Source: Polymyxa betae A26-41
Lineage: Eukaryota > Protista > Endomyxa: Phytomyxea
Assembly (NCBI GenBank): GCA_003693705.1
Contig: RBZT01000729.1
Coordinates: forward strand, 68,408 to 132,407
Reading direction: 5' to 3'
Length of the DNA: 64,000 bases
Of this stretch, positions 48,521 to 60,823 are shown in pieces. Every line of letters starts with the position of its first letter. Position 1 is the first letter of the stretch. Both the position numbers and the translations under genes were made by a program. A model generated the notes under the pieces. The model was not told the origin of the DNA, did no database searches, and saw nothing but the letters and a program-made list of their open reading frames with translations.

Positions 48521-49780
48521 ATGGTCGCTGAATCAATCGAAGAGATGCCCTCCATTAGTGGGTTCGACTTCTGGGGCGCTACCGTCGTCCCAGGAAAGAC
48601 CGTGAAATGTGAGATCACCGGCAATATCCTTCATCTGACCTCCATCGCCATGGACGAGAACATCACTAACGACCCGAAGCAGCGCTCAGTGCTGTCGGTC
48701 ATCATCGATGGCAAGCAGTTCGTTCTGGCCTCTCTGAGGGAGGGTGTCTGCGAACAGGTTTCTGTTGATTTCCTGTTCCGGGAGAACAAGCCCATCAAGT
48801 TCAAGGTGTCCGGTAAAACCACCCTGCATTTGGTTGGATACCTGCAGCCTTTGGATTTGGGCTTCGACGATGAAGAAATCTACAGCGATGAGGAAGACGA
48901 AGACGAAATGTGCGATTCCTGTGATGAAGACAGTGAGGAAGGTGAAAGCGACGAAGAAGAGGAAGGCAGTGATGAAGAGATGGAGAATGCTGTGGAAGCC
49001 GGTGGCAAGAAACGTCCTGCTGATACGCCTGTCGAAGTTGTTGCTGACGAGAAGACTGCCAAGAAGTCGAAAAAGGTTGACTCTGAGCCCAAGAAGGCTG
49101 AATCTAAGCCGGAACCTAAGAAGGCTGAATCTAAGCCGGAACCTAAGAAGGCTGATTCTAAACCCGAACCAAAGAAGGTTGAAAACGAACTTAAAAAGGA
49201 AGCCAAATCCGAGGACAAGAAGGTTGTGGCTGAACCAGTCAAGCCAGCCGAGGTAGAGAAGAAACAGTCTGAGGAGCCTACTGAGAAACCTGAGCCCAAG
49301 AAGGAATCGAAGAAGGCCGAGCCTGCTCAGTCCAAGAAGGCTGAAAAGGAAGCGAAGAAAGCCGAGAAGAAACCCGAACAGGCTGAGGCTAAGAAGGCTG
49401 AAGCTCCCCAAAAGGAATCTGAACAGGCTGACCCCAACGCTTTCCGAAAATTCACTGGTGGCGTCATGGTGAAAGACAGCCACATCGGCGAGGGCAAGGT
49501 TGCCTCCAAGGGCAAACGCCTCGGTGTGATGTACAAAGGCATGCTCAAGAACGGCAAGGTGTTTGACTCGAACGTCAACTCCAACAAGCCCTTCTTCTTC
49601 AAGATGGGCAACGCCGACGTTATCAAAGGCTGGGATATTGGTTTCGAAGGCATGAAGGTCGGTGGTAAACGAGTTATCGTCTGCCCGCCAAAGATGGCCT
49701 ACGGAAAGGAAGGCGCCCCGCCTGAAATTCCTCCCAACTCGGTCCTCGTCTTCGAAGTCGAACTCGTTAATGTCAAATAA
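48521..49780 (+). CDS. Nucleolar FKBP (nucleoplasmin-like domain, acidic tract, K/E-rich linker, FKBP PPIase; Fpr3/4, FKBP39/53 type)
   Basis: FWGATVVPGK...LHLVGY N-domain; D/E tract; GKVFDSN, VIKGWDIG, GMKVGGKR, PPKMAYG, IPPNSVLVFEVEL. Confidence 0.93.
   Translation: MVAESIEEMPSISGFDFWGATVVPGKTVKCEITGNILHLTSIAMDENITNDPKQRSVLSVIIDGKQFVLASLREGVCEQVSVDFLFRENKPIKFKVSGKTTLHLVGYLQPLDLGFDDEEIYSDEEDEDEMCDSCDEDSEEGESDEEEEGSDEEMENAVEAGGKKRPADTPVEVVADEKTAKKSKKVDSEPKKAESKPEPKKAESKPEPKKADSKPEPKKVENELKKEAKSEDKKVVAEPVKPAEVEKKQSEEPTEKPEPKKESKKAEPAQSKKAEKEAKKAEKKPEQAEAKKAEAPQKESEQADPNAFRKFTGGVMVKDSHIGEGKVASKGKRLGVMYKGMLKNGKVFDSNVNSNKPFFFKMGNADVIKGWDIGFEGMKVGGKRVIVCPPKMAYGKEGAPPEIPPNSVLVFEVELVNVK
49084..49180 (+). 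repeat. 27-bp coding tandem repeat (SKPEPKKAE) in the FKBP linker
   Basis: aagaaggctgaatctaagccggaacct repeated, about 3.5 units. Confidence 0.9.
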
Positions 49781-49938
49781 TTGTCCTATTTTATACATAT
49801 AATACATCGATGCCATCGAGCCTCTTTAATTCAAATCTTGTAGCATGATTTTTGCTAGGCATTCTACTCGGTTGCTATAGGTATGTTGTTGTCTTGCAGA
49901 TTACGCACTTCGAATATCGCTGCATCTTCGAAGCTGTT

Positions 49939-50708
49939 ATGAATATCACACGACTGATTCAATCTAGAGCAAGGGCTGCCTTTAGATGGGCAAGCTCCAC
50001 TACTACACAGGCTCACCCATCTACTGATTTCGTTGCCGAGACGCAAAATTTGATGAACAACAACTTGTCACATTTGCAATCTGAATTCGGGAAGCTGCGA
50101 TGCGGTCGCGCGACGCCAGGTTTCCATGAGGAAAGCTTCGGGATTTGCTTGATTAACCCTTTTGTAGGAATGCTGGAAAGTATAAGCGTTGAGGCATATG
50201 GATCGAAAATGCCACTTGTGTCACTAACGACAATCACTGTTCGTAATGCTAATCTTCTGCATGTTAAGCCTCATGATAGCAGCCTATGTGCCGAAGTTAA
50301 ACGGGCAATCGATGGATCTGGTTATGGATTCAATGCCATTGTTTCAGGAGATTCCGTTTCGGTTCCAATCCCTAAGGTGTCTAAAGAAGCTCGAGAAAAC
50401 TTGGCAAAATTAGCATCAGCCAAGGCTGAGAAAGTAAGTTGTAGTTTTGATTACTGGGAAAATCCTGACCTATTGTAGGCCAAGGTTGACGTAAGAAGAT
50501 CCCGAAAGATTGGCTTAGATAAGATCAAAGCTGTCGAAGACAGTATGTGTGAAGACGAGACTTTCCGGTTAGAAAAGAAGGTCATTATCAACCAAGTGTT
50601 TCGTATTGTATTTGACCGGAATTACAGATTCAAACACTTACCGACTCGTTCATGGAAAAGATTTCCAAACTTTACCAAGCCAAGTTAAACGAACTGAAAA
50701 GCAGTTAA
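49939..50708 (+). CDS. MRRF: Mitochondrial ribosome recycling factor
   Basis: Arg-rich targeting-like N-terminus; LRCGRATP|GMLESISVEAYG, VPIPKVSKEARENL, EDETFRLEK. Three introns. Confidence 0.88.
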
Positions 50709-51187
50709 CCTTCTGCTATCTATAACCATTGTAAAACTACAAAAATGTTTCATATTATATTGTTTGAGCTCTGTGAATTTACGAGCTATCTCAGTACAAT
50801 TAAAACCAAAAGAATCATTAAACGGACATCTCGACTAAGGACAACATCTGCGGCCATCATCCCGACCTAAAATGCAACTAGCCGTCGCCTACCAAAGACG
50901 ATGCCGGTCTCGACACAAAAGCGACTGACTGTTCAGCTCCTGCTCTACCTTGAAAGCTGTTGTCAAGCTGACGTCAGATTTGTACTATGACATCCATAGT
51001 GAATTGCGTTTTGGTGGTAGAAGAGAGGTCAGGTAACGTTAACTCGGACCGTAAAAGACAAGGTACCCGTTAGTAGGCAATCAGTTGGCATTCATAGAGG
51101 ACGTCATTGAGACGCAATTACCGGTCCAGTCGGGGATCTTATTTCCATATCTGTTCGACCGGGGCGTCGTCGGGGTTTGGGCCTGCC

Positions 51188-53007
51188 ATGAACCGGCGCT
51201 GTAGTCTCGGCTTCGTCCTGGCCTCGCTCATCCTCTGCTGCAGCCGAACTTCGGCCATGATCGAGGATCTGAACCTGCAGTTCGGCCGCGATGACTTGTT
51301 TCAGATCATTTGGAGGTTTGAATTCGCAGAGAAAGGAGAGTTGTCGATCGATGGCCAGGCGATGATTAATAATATGCCTGCGTACTACAAAACGGATCAG
51401 TTTATTCGAGCAAATGCTAATTCTGCTAAATTAGAAATTCTTCTTTGCAGCTGATGGTATGCTCTGACAGCAGCCTGGTTAAGCTGAGGACGATCAGAAT
51501 TGAGGAAATCTGTGGAACGAAACCGTTCGATGCCGCTCCCTGCGAATGGTCGGGCATGTTTACCCAAGACGATTCAAAATTCAAAGTTAATCTTGACATC
51601 AAATCAGAGGTAATACGAAAAGGTTCTTACTGGTTTATATGATGAATTTCAGGACTGGTACTATCTCTTGCAACTGAACTGCGACCGTCTCGATTTCTTC
51701 GTTCAAGCTCATATCATCGCTTATAATCGTGGCCGATATACGGGATTCCTGTCGTTATCCGAGTCTCCTTATGTGCCGCTATCGGCTGCATTGGCGATCG
51801 CGTTTACACTTCTCACACTTGCACAATTCCTGTCTTGGTTCCCTTACCGACATTTCAATGTAAAGTTCCAGTCACGTCTCACCTTAATTCCTCTCTTCTT
51901 TGCTGTATTCTATACAATCCAGGTAGAGAGCTTAATACTGATGTTGCCACTTTCTGACTTAATGTCTAGATATACTATTGGGATTATTGTTCGAAACATG
52001 GAGTGAAGTCTCCATTGGCGTTCTGGTCGTGCTTCATCATTCTTATGAGCACAAAGTCTACATTATTTATGTTATTATTGGCTGTCTCCAAAGGTGAGCT
52101 CCATTCTTGGCTTTGGGCACCGTATACAACTCAGTACTGTTCAGGTTGGGCAATCTGCAGAAGTCGTCTAAGCTCTTTGGATTTCAAGCAATCGGTGTTA
52201 CTGGTTTTAGGATTGATCTTAGCGTTTTCGTGTTTCACAGTATTGGGCAAGTAGCCACTGTAATCACATACACTGTTTTTGATCGTGTTTAGGTGGCATG
52301 GGACTCTCGACAATGATTCTTATTTATGCGATGTTACTGAAAGTCATCTTTAATTCTGTTGTCAACATTCTTGCAGAGATTGATAATCAAATGCAAATGC
52401 TTCGCTCCATGAGTTTAGACCCTAACCACTTCCCGATCTTCGTAAAGAGACAAATTTACCACAACTTCCAGTTAACAGCTCTGTCATATATCACTTTGAA
52501 AGTCATCTTTCTGCTTTGGGCCAACATCTTCCTGCAACGCTTTCCTTGGGTGTCTGATATGATAGACTCTTTCTTGGATATTGCATTCCTGATTTGTCTT
52601 TTGTACGTATGGTTTTTTGGGGCTCAGGAGTGTGCTGATTTATCTTCCAAAGCATCAATTTCCGAATGCGTCCTTTCTGCCCTCGATTTGCACACATAAA
52701 CGGACAAGATGATGGCAATAGATCTGAGCTCTCAAGGCGTTTACTGAGGTCCAACTATTTGGCAGAACAAGATATGGAAATTGGCCAATACGAAGATATC
52801 TGGAGGCCTGGTAACTTTTTCTTTTTTAATGAGGTTGTAATCCGATTGACATGAATTGAAGGAATGGCTGTACCTATGTTATCCCTGGATTACGATTCCT
52901 GGTTGCATCCTTATTCGGAGCCTTTAGTGCTATTACAAAGCCCAAGTTCCGTTGATATAGGAAGGCAAATTTCGGGTCGCACTGATTCGAAGGGAGGCAC
53001 CCGATAA
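51188..53007 (+). CDS. Signal peptide plus luminal domain and seven-TM protein (GOST / GPR107-TMEM87-like)
   Basis: Signal peptide, luminal beta domain ending FLSLSESPY, multiple TM exons, LLAVSK|GWAICR motif. 3' end approximate. Confidence 0.6.
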
Positions 53008-53067
53008 CATCAAAACGGCTAGGGATATTTAATTTTATTCACGAGACGTGTAAAATATGAATCAGTA

Positions 53068-53568
53068 TTATACAGAAACAATATCTTGTTTGCTTAGACT
53101 AGCATTGGAGAAATCCAAGAAGAGTGATATTGCTCGAGCAGAAATCGTTGGGAACGAATATGCAAATATAGCATAAAGCGGCGCCGAATCATCTGAAGCC
53201 TTATATCGGTACAAACAGACTCCTTTGCCGCTTTCACTGTTTCCCGTTCTGCCACAAATCAGACCTGATTCGGGGTGAAATCTAGATTTCAATCTAAAAA
53301 GCAAGTATAGACAGGCAACAAGCCATAAATACCGATGAACATTGATATGATCGTCCTCAAAATCGATTCCTTTCGTCATAGCTTCTTCTCTGCCATTAAA
53401 CAGCGCTATCAAATCGAAAGCTGTCGACTTGGGCAGGGTTGTAGTTCCGAGGATAACGGCACCATCTCCATCGAATATCACCAGCGACGAGAGCTCATGC
53501 GGTAGCGACGTTTGCAGTAGCGCCTTGGCTAACCCGGAGCTGGCACCAGCCACAAGCTCGCCTAACAT
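53068..53568 (-). CDS. Small profilin-fold-like protein
   Basis: LVIFDGDG, F.GRE.AMTKGIDF, VHR|FHP, GRTG...GKGVCL, YSFPTISARAI pattern. One in-frame intron is probable. Confidence 0.45.
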   Translation of the reverse strand: MLGELVAGASSGLAKALLQTSLPHELSSLVIFDGDGAVILGTTTLPKSTAFDLIALFNGREEAMTKGIDFEDDHINVHRYLWLVACLYLLFRLKSRFHPESGLICGRTGNSESGKGVCLYRYKASDDSAPLYAIFAYSFPTISARAISLFLDFSNASLSKQDIVSV

Positions 53569-53781
53569 GCTCCTATTAGTGTGCGCAGCACGAACTAAAG
53601 TATTCGCTTATTCAGCAGACAGCAAAAATGCGTCTACTCTGTTATCGACCTTTCGTGGAGATACGAGAAAAAGAATACTGCAAACTAAAACACGCAACAG
53701 CCTACGCGAACACTCGCAAGGCAAATATTATAGAATTATCAAAAGATGTTGGTTTATCAATTGAGTTGGGACTCCACGAGT

Positions 53782-54501
53782 TTACTTGTGCTTCTTCTTC
53801 TGGATCTTCTTCATGTAGAATTCGAGCTCCTTGCCTTCGATGATGTAGCCGTCGCAACGGCCGCACTGGCCGGGTCGCGACGAGATGCAGGCGTACAGCC
53901 GACCGCTCATGAACTGCTCGGCGACCTTGGAGTCGATGACCGAGGCGGACAGACGAGCCTTCTGCTTCTTCTGGACGGCCTCGCTGACCTTGGGCAGGTC
54001 CTCGGAGGGCTTCTCGTTCTTCTTCAGACCGAGATCCTGGCCGTAGTGCTGGGTGTACCATTGGCGGAAGGGAGTGGCATCGATGGCGACAATGCAGCCT
54101 GCGATTCGAAATCAAACTCTATCAAACGACCTGCTGTGACATTTTCACCTTTGACCAAAGTCTTGGTACGAACCAATTCGTTGGAGGTGGCGTTGTAGAC
54201 GACATCAATGATACGGGTACGCCGGGTGATAACTTCGGATCCCCAGGAGAAGTTTCCGGTTTCCAGACGCAGAGCGCGGAACTTCATGTTGCCACCACGA
54301 CCACGAACCAGATGGATTCTAAGCAATCGTGAATTGGCATAGTTCTAAGAGAGCCAAAGTCGTCATCGAAGCGCACCTCTTCTCGCCGATTTTGGTGTTG
54401 GCGGCCGGGCGACCGAGCTCATATTTGCGCTTCTTCTGGTGGATCTTACGACGACCACCGGTCGCGCGACGCTTGTGGCGGGAGTCACGAGAGATACCCA
54501 T
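53782..54501 (-). CDS. RPS8: 40S ribosomal protein S8 (eS8)
   Basis: [57 protein letters not shown]. Two introns. Confidence 0.99.
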
Positions 54502-54554
54502 GGTCGGCGATCAAGCAATAAGGACTGCGAATTGTCAGAACGACGCTAATGCCA

Positions 54555-54573
54555 AGTCCGTGACGGAGTCCGT
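54555..54573. promoter_or_regulatory. Palindromic element AGTCCGTGACGGAGTCCGT upstream of RPS8
   Basis: Begins 54 bp from the ATG. Identical 19-mer to the RACK1 element but inverted relative to transcription. Confidence 0.8.
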
Positions 54574-54690
54574 TTTCCACACTAATAGGGCATCCTCATA
54601 TATACCGGACCAATTTTTCACATTTAATTCTGATTTATTCAACAAAATCATCCAAAAAATTCACTTGAATGTGTTCTGCTTATGAGTTAG

Positions 54691-55529
54691 TTATACGAAT
54701 TGGAAATCGCAGGATAGAGGAAGATGGTCGGATCCGAACCTGTTCATGATCCATTCGAAGGAAACTTCCTCGGGAATGGGTTCGATCGCTGCTGATAGCG
54801 AACGTAGTCGCTGACAATGCAGAATGTAATCCAATCGGTGCTTGGCGTTTCTTCTAGGAGAACACCATGTCGGAGCCAGACTTCCTTCAAATGCGTCCTG
54901 CAATGAAATCGCGCTCGGCAGCACGCTTGATATTCGATCTGGAGTCGTATTTAAATCACCACACCATATTATAGCATTGCTGTCGTTATAGTCTCGTTTG
55001 ATGATTCTTTCGACTTCCGCAGCTTGCTCTTTGGCTTCAGCACCATATCGCCTCCAGCTTAAATGCAGATTGGCTACAATCAAGCCATGGTTATCTGCAG
55101 TTCTTAACGCTGCTATCTGCCCAGCACTGCCTTCTTTGCTCCAGACATGAGAGCTAAACTTATATCGATCGAATATGGAATTCCTTCTGATCATCATTAG
55201 AGTGCCATGGTCGATGGATGCAGTCGTTGGGAAGTTTCTAGCAAGCTCGCTTATATGATATTGGTGATGAAATGAACATCGCAACGATTTAAGTTCAGTT
55301 TCCTGTTTAACTCGATAAGGACTGATGATATAAAGAATGTAGACGAGCATACTTCAACTTCTTGAAGGCATACGATATCTGCCATCGCAGATCGAATATT
55401 TCGATAGATCGCCGGTCGTCTCCGCTCGAAAGCTAGAGCTCGCCCCGGATCGACGATATTTGGATAATAGGCAGGAATGCACCATACATTTGCTAGAATA
55501 TTATGACTCAGCAGCCGAAATGATTTCAT
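54691..55529 (-). CDS. Endonuclease/exonuclease/phosphatase family protein (CCR4/nocturnin/PDE12-like)
   Basis: SHNILA, DIVCLQEV, ANLHL, CGDLN, LDYI, GSDHLP. Confidence 0.9.
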
Positions 55530-55687
55530 CAAAGCTGTGCAAAAGATCGGATCGGAGGAGATGGTCGTGTCGTCCAGCGCAACATCATAACAATGACAAG
55601 TTCAAAGGCGAAATTTTGCGGTTGGAAACCGCCAAGATTTTTGTTCTGCAAGCTTGAACTGGAATATTGCCTGATTTCGAACGAATG

Positions 55688-56203
55688 CTATGATGTATTC
55701 GATTCATCTAGGTTGTCGTCGGGTTCATATATGGAGGCATTAGCGAATTCGGCGAGATCGAATCTGGCGGGCTCTTCGCTGCTGCTCGAATCTTCCTGCC
55801 GGCTAAAGCACAGATCTTCTCGGTTGACGACGACGACTTTGGGCGGCATTGTGAATTGAACGTGCGAATTCGGGATCGTTGGCTTTCTCCTAACTTGATC
55901 GGGATTCTTCAGGCAGCTTGCAGCCCGGGTTTTAACAATCCCTGACGAGATCGTATTATCTAAATACGATTTGATTGAAGGGGCGGATATCTCTGGATTG
56001 GAAAGACCATCGAGGCGAAATTTCTCACTGAACCATCGGGCTAGCCAGCCTGAACGAACGCTCTGGCTGGGTCTGAGTTCACTAGTTCTGCGTTTAGTCC
56101 TGATCTTGCCATTATCGGCCGAATCGAGATTACTGAGATCGGCAGTAGGGAGCGGCGTCCCGGCTCCTATCGTCGCTCGCGGCATGAGTGGAATGAGCGC
56201 CAA
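55688..56203 (-). CDS. Hypothetical protein
   Basis: 171-aa ORF, low complexity, no motif recognised. Confidence 0.35.
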   Translation of the reverse strand: MALIPLMPRATIGAGTPLPTADLSNLDSADNGKIRTKRRTSELRPSQSVRSGWLARWFSEKFRLDGLSNPEISAPSIKSYLDNTISSGIVKTRAASCLKNPDQVRRKPTIPNSHVQFTMPPKVVVVNREDLCFSRQEDSSSSEEPARFDLAEFANASIYEPDDNLDESNTS

Positions 56204-56585
56204 GTGTTGTCAGATTCGCCGTTATTATGTAAGGACGGCGTTCCCTTCAATGCAATCAAAGCGCCACTTATAGTTAAGTGAATAAGTCGATTGGGGGCCT
56301 GTCTTTAAACTTAGGCCAAACCGGATCGGGTGATGGGTTCATCAAGCCTCCATGGAGAATCTCCTCCGAAGGATCCACCAAAAGCTAGTTCCTAACGCCC
56401 TTTCAGAAAAATCTAGGGGGCATGCGATCGATTTATCACAGGATGATTTTGAAAGTTTTTGAAATAACGGGACTCTAGAAAAGGAAAGGAAGAGCGGCCA
56501 AAATTGTATTGCTAAATTGGACGAATGCTAAATATCATTATGTGCCTAAATTTAGTGAAGACGAAATGTACAAATAGATAGAGGA

Positions 56586-56966
56586 TTATAATCTGGTCTC
56601 TCCTTGACGGGCGCTGGGAGGAAGCCCAGTTTCAGGATCCGTGCCTAAAGGTCGACGAAACAGCAATATATGTGGCTCCTACAGATCGTGATTCGAGAAA
56701 AAACACAATAACAAAAAGCATCAACATACTGGACGATGAATCTCGTAATGGACCCAACCACGGCTTTGCTGAACGCCAAGGCCTCGCCATTCTTTCTCGC
56801 TCAGGATTCGAGGTGGGCCGATCGAATTGGTTAAGTCTTTGGGCAATATAACATGACTATATTTAAAGTTAGAAGGCATCGTTCCATCGCAGACGATGAC
56901 GACGAACCGGTACTCGTACTCGTCATCGCAGTACTTCTCTGAATACTCAATCTCGTTGGACGGCAT
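56586..56966 (-). CDS. CKS1: Cyclin-dependent kinase regulatory subunit CKS1
   Basis: [15 protein letters not shown]|[31 protein letters not shown]|[10 protein letters not shown]. Confidence 0.97.
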
Positions 56967-57335
56967 CGGAGTGGATACCTCGCTGTGGATGCGTCAGAAC
57001 GCGCTGAGACCAAGCCCACGCACCAGATGGGGATTCGTCTAAAACCTAATACTGGAAGGCAGCCGAGACTGACGAATTATGAGTCGACAGCAACTGTGCT
57101 GGGAGTGGCAACCGCAGCGATTGTAACAATAACAAGTATAATATCAAGATTCGAGCGCGAACGCGACTGCGCACATTTGTATTCAGGGCAACTTCGTTCT
57201 TCATTCATCCTACCATACAAACTGGATTCGTACAAGATACCAATACAGAAAAGATGCTGTAGTTGCTGTTCTTCTAAAGTGGGACAAAAACGTAAAGGAT
57301 TGACGAGTCGATTTAACAAGCATATGCGCACCAAT

Positions 57336-59014
57336 CTATTGTTGGGGTGGTGGTGGATACATGTGAGGAGCAGGGGGATGTGCAGGTGGAGGAGGAGGGT
57401 ACCCGTAATTATCGTAGCCACCAGCATAGCCGTATGGAGGATTGGGATACCCGTAGGGAGCAGCAGGAGGTGGTGGCGGATAATAGCCATTCGATTGATT
57501 CCATGGTTGACCGGCAGCAGGAGGTGGCGGCGGTTGCATTCCATAAGGTCCCGGGCCTGGTGGAGGCGGAGGCGGCTCCCATGACTGAGGTTGGCTTGAA
57601 GGGGCTTTCCCAGACAGCTCGGACATGAAGTTGTCATATTCGTTTTTAAGTCGAGACCTTTCGACAGTATTGACAGCGCCACCGGTTGGACAGTCAGATG
57701 TTGGATGACCTCGTTCACCGCAGACTTCACATCGAACGTTTGCTGGATTCCAGGCAGCACCTGTACGTTCAGGACATTTATCAACAAAGTGCCCTCGCTC
57801 TCCACACAACCTTTGACGACAATGAGAAGCCCATCAAACCGAAATTTTAGACAAATTATACCTGCATCGGATTTCATCTCGTAGCGTCCCGTTAATTGCA
57901 GCCAATTCTCGAAGTTGCCGCGCCTTGTGTTCGTTATTGTCCTCATTGACAGGCTGTAGAAGTTGCTCGATCATTTTCACACATCTTGCCAAATCGCCTT
58001 CATTTTCCGCAGTAATGAGAACATGCAAATCTGATCAAAGGAATTGGTTAACCGAAGAAAGTGGAACGACATACCGATGACTGCTAATTACCTTCGTTGT
58101 CAGAAGGATGAGGCTTGTGGCGCCTCCCCTCCTTTTGAGATCCTCGTCCTCTGATCTCAATTTTGCAGTTGGTTTCCTTTTGCATTCGTTTTTGGGTAAG
58201 ACCACGGGGTCCAAGAATCATTCCACTGCAGAAAATGAAAAAAGTGCTATCAATCGTGAAGTGCAATTGTTACCAGTATGAATGAGGACGAGATGGTGCT
58301 TGACCTTCGATATAAGGCCCTGGTTCGTCTTGGGGGATTACGAGTTTAGCAACGTATTTCTGGCGTTTAAAATCGGCAGGGGTCGCGAACTGCGGATTCA
58401 ATTTGATAGTACGTTCTAGCAAATCATTCCGCTCCTGTTTGGGTATTATTAGGCAGATGATAAAAAGCAGAAAAATCAAACCTTGATAAGTTTTTCTCGA
58501 GCCCTCTGCTCTCTAGAATTTGTCCTATTACCCTGAGAATCGTATTCGGGTGGAGGAGAAGGTGATTGCATATCCGGGTCTGCTGGGATGCATTGAGTTA
58601 AGTTTGCAAGCTTCAAAGTCACATCCTGCAGGCGAAGACGCACTAAAACCTCAAGATCAGACCAGCTGATTGAAAACAATGTTACAAAAGCGTACAGAAA
58701 TACAGTTCACGTTGTTCAGGCGTCATCGCAGCTGTCGCCGCAGCCATTTCAGCAGTGAGTTCCACTTTATCTTCTTCCGCTCCCCAGCGAGATCGGCGTT
58801 TCCTGCCACCAGATGTCGTGGTAGTGTCAGATATATTACCCCATCGAGAGCGTTTCGGCTTGCGATTGAGATCGAGATGCCGAGTTTCTTGCAAGGGAGC
58901 CGGCTGCAAGTCCGCACCGGTACCATTTGCGGCAGCATTCTCTTGCTCTAAAGCATAGCCCGCTGGAGGCGGCGGTGGGGGTGGTGCTGACGACGCCCAT
59001 TCAGCCGCCGACAT
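57336..59014 (-). CDS. SF1: Splicing factor 1 / branchpoint-binding protein
   Basis: [29 protein letters not shown] domain [13 protein letters not shown]2 [13 protein letters not shown], two CCHC zinc knuckles, Pro/Tyr-rich tail. Confidence 0.96.
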
Positions 59015-59361
59015 TGGTAGTTCGAATTTTAAGGAATGACTTGATATGGATGCAGTATGCTCTAATTGAAAAGAAGTGAGGAGGCGAAAAAGTGCGCGGA
59101 TATTCTACGCCACTCTGATTCTTGCTTTCTGTGATGCCGTTCTGACAAGTTTTTTGGTTATTTTGCCAGAGCTTTTTCATGCTAGCTAGGACAGCTTCGG
59201 TAGGTAAATTTTTTTTTTCTCAAAAATCTTCCTAAAATAATCTTTCTGTATTTGCTATGATGCATGCTAAGAAACCGAATAGTGAAGTGGCGCGTGCCAA
59301 TCGCGTGTAAGAAATGGGCCTGTACGTGCTTGGTCGAGACACCTTTTGGTTTCAGTTTGCA

Positions 59362-60250
59362 ATGGAGAGTTCCAGAAAGCTTTTGCAAAGCCACAACAGT
59401 GTTAACAACATCAGTCCAGGGATCGTCAATCGTATCCGTCTTCAGCTGAACCAGCAGAATGAAACTTGGGTAGATTGTTCTGCTGCGCTCGAACGCCATT
59501 TAACATTTGTAGGATTCCAAAGACAAATGGAGACTGGATTCTCCAATTGAATCTGGACGCGTTCTCAGGATCACGAGAGAAATGGTTCCCAAACCGGATG
59601 AACCTCTGGAGGTAATCAGCTCTTCCAACGCTCTGGTCGAACTTCTAAGCCTACGCAGCTGAACCACGTTCCACGTTGGACCAAACGACAGAAATTTCTG
59701 TTCGATACCGAGACTGGTGTTCTAACGCCTTTTGACGACGATCAGGATGATAAAGAATCCATTGACTCGGGAGAGGTGTGATCGCATTGATGTTGATATC
59801 AGCTGTGTTGACAAATGACAATAGTGGTTGGTCTTTGACGAACAAGGCTTCTTTTCCAAGGTGCCCGATCCTAGCCAGGTCAGTCGTCAAGAGCTAGCAA
59901 GCGCCGAGATCGCTCTGCAGAAGCTGGAGCAGAACCGGACTAGCCTCCTGAATTCAGTTAGCATCAAAGCGACGTCTGCTACTCAAGAGTGAGTCGTTGA
60001 TTGTCGATTCTGACATCTGTGCTGAATGGTTTTCAGCCCTGTTCAATATGATACGAATGGAATGAGAAGCTCAGGTATCCATGTTGGGGTCAGTCCTGAG
60101 CAGGATTCGTCATTGGGTAGACGAGTAACTGTTCTGGAGAATAAAGAGAGCCTCTATCGAAAAGCATTCCTGGCAGCCCTGGCCGCGGCAGTGATTGCCT
60201 TAGGGCTTTACATGTTCGCTCGCCGATTCCGAAGCCAAAACACGTCTTAA
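59362..60250 (+). CDS. Hypothetical tail-anchored coiled-coil protein
   Basis: Several short exons ending in RVTVLENKE...AFLAALAAAVIALGLYMFARRFR. Start approximate. Confidence 0.5.
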
Positions 60251-60823
60251 ATACATCATTTTTTTCGATTCACATTTCTGTGTGGAGCTGCTGTCGAGAA
60301 AGGCATTGTACCTCAGTGCAATAACGTAGAGCGATTGACAACAGAGTAGATCCTCTAATGAGTTGTTAGATCGGCCCCAGACCTAGGGTTTGACGCGACC
60401 ATCATCACTGCCTTTTCTGTATTCAAGAAAGGTTCTCGCGAGCTCAGCCCACGGGATGGTTGCGAGAGACGGCATCGCTTTGCAGTAACAACTCTATTCA
60501 CAGTTGATCTGCCAGAAATGAGAGCGACACAGCCAGATTGGGACACTCGGATATGAGCGGCTTCCTTTGAGAGCTTGCTAGGCAATCCTGCTCATTTAAT
60601 CGAATTTGGACGAGACACCAATCGAATCACAAGAACAGACAGCTGCCTCATAGTTCCCCAAATACAACTGCTAAAGAAACCGATCAGGACTCGAGCTCAT
60701 TTCCTTTCCTATTTGATACCGGGATCTGCCGTATCACAGGTACATTGGCGGATTCGCCTCTGTCAAAAGTTCTCGAGAGGCATAGAGGCCGATTTCTGCG
60801 CGCCTTCGATCTAACATAGTTCA

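Noticed and set aside
48686-49816. 376-aa hydrophobic minus-strand ORF
   Set aside because: Antisense shadow of the K/E-rich FKBP gene.
50720-51100. Small gene or ncRNA between RRF and the seven-TM gene
   Set aside because: No tRNA, snRNA or rRNA signature and no convincing ORF could be assembled by eye.
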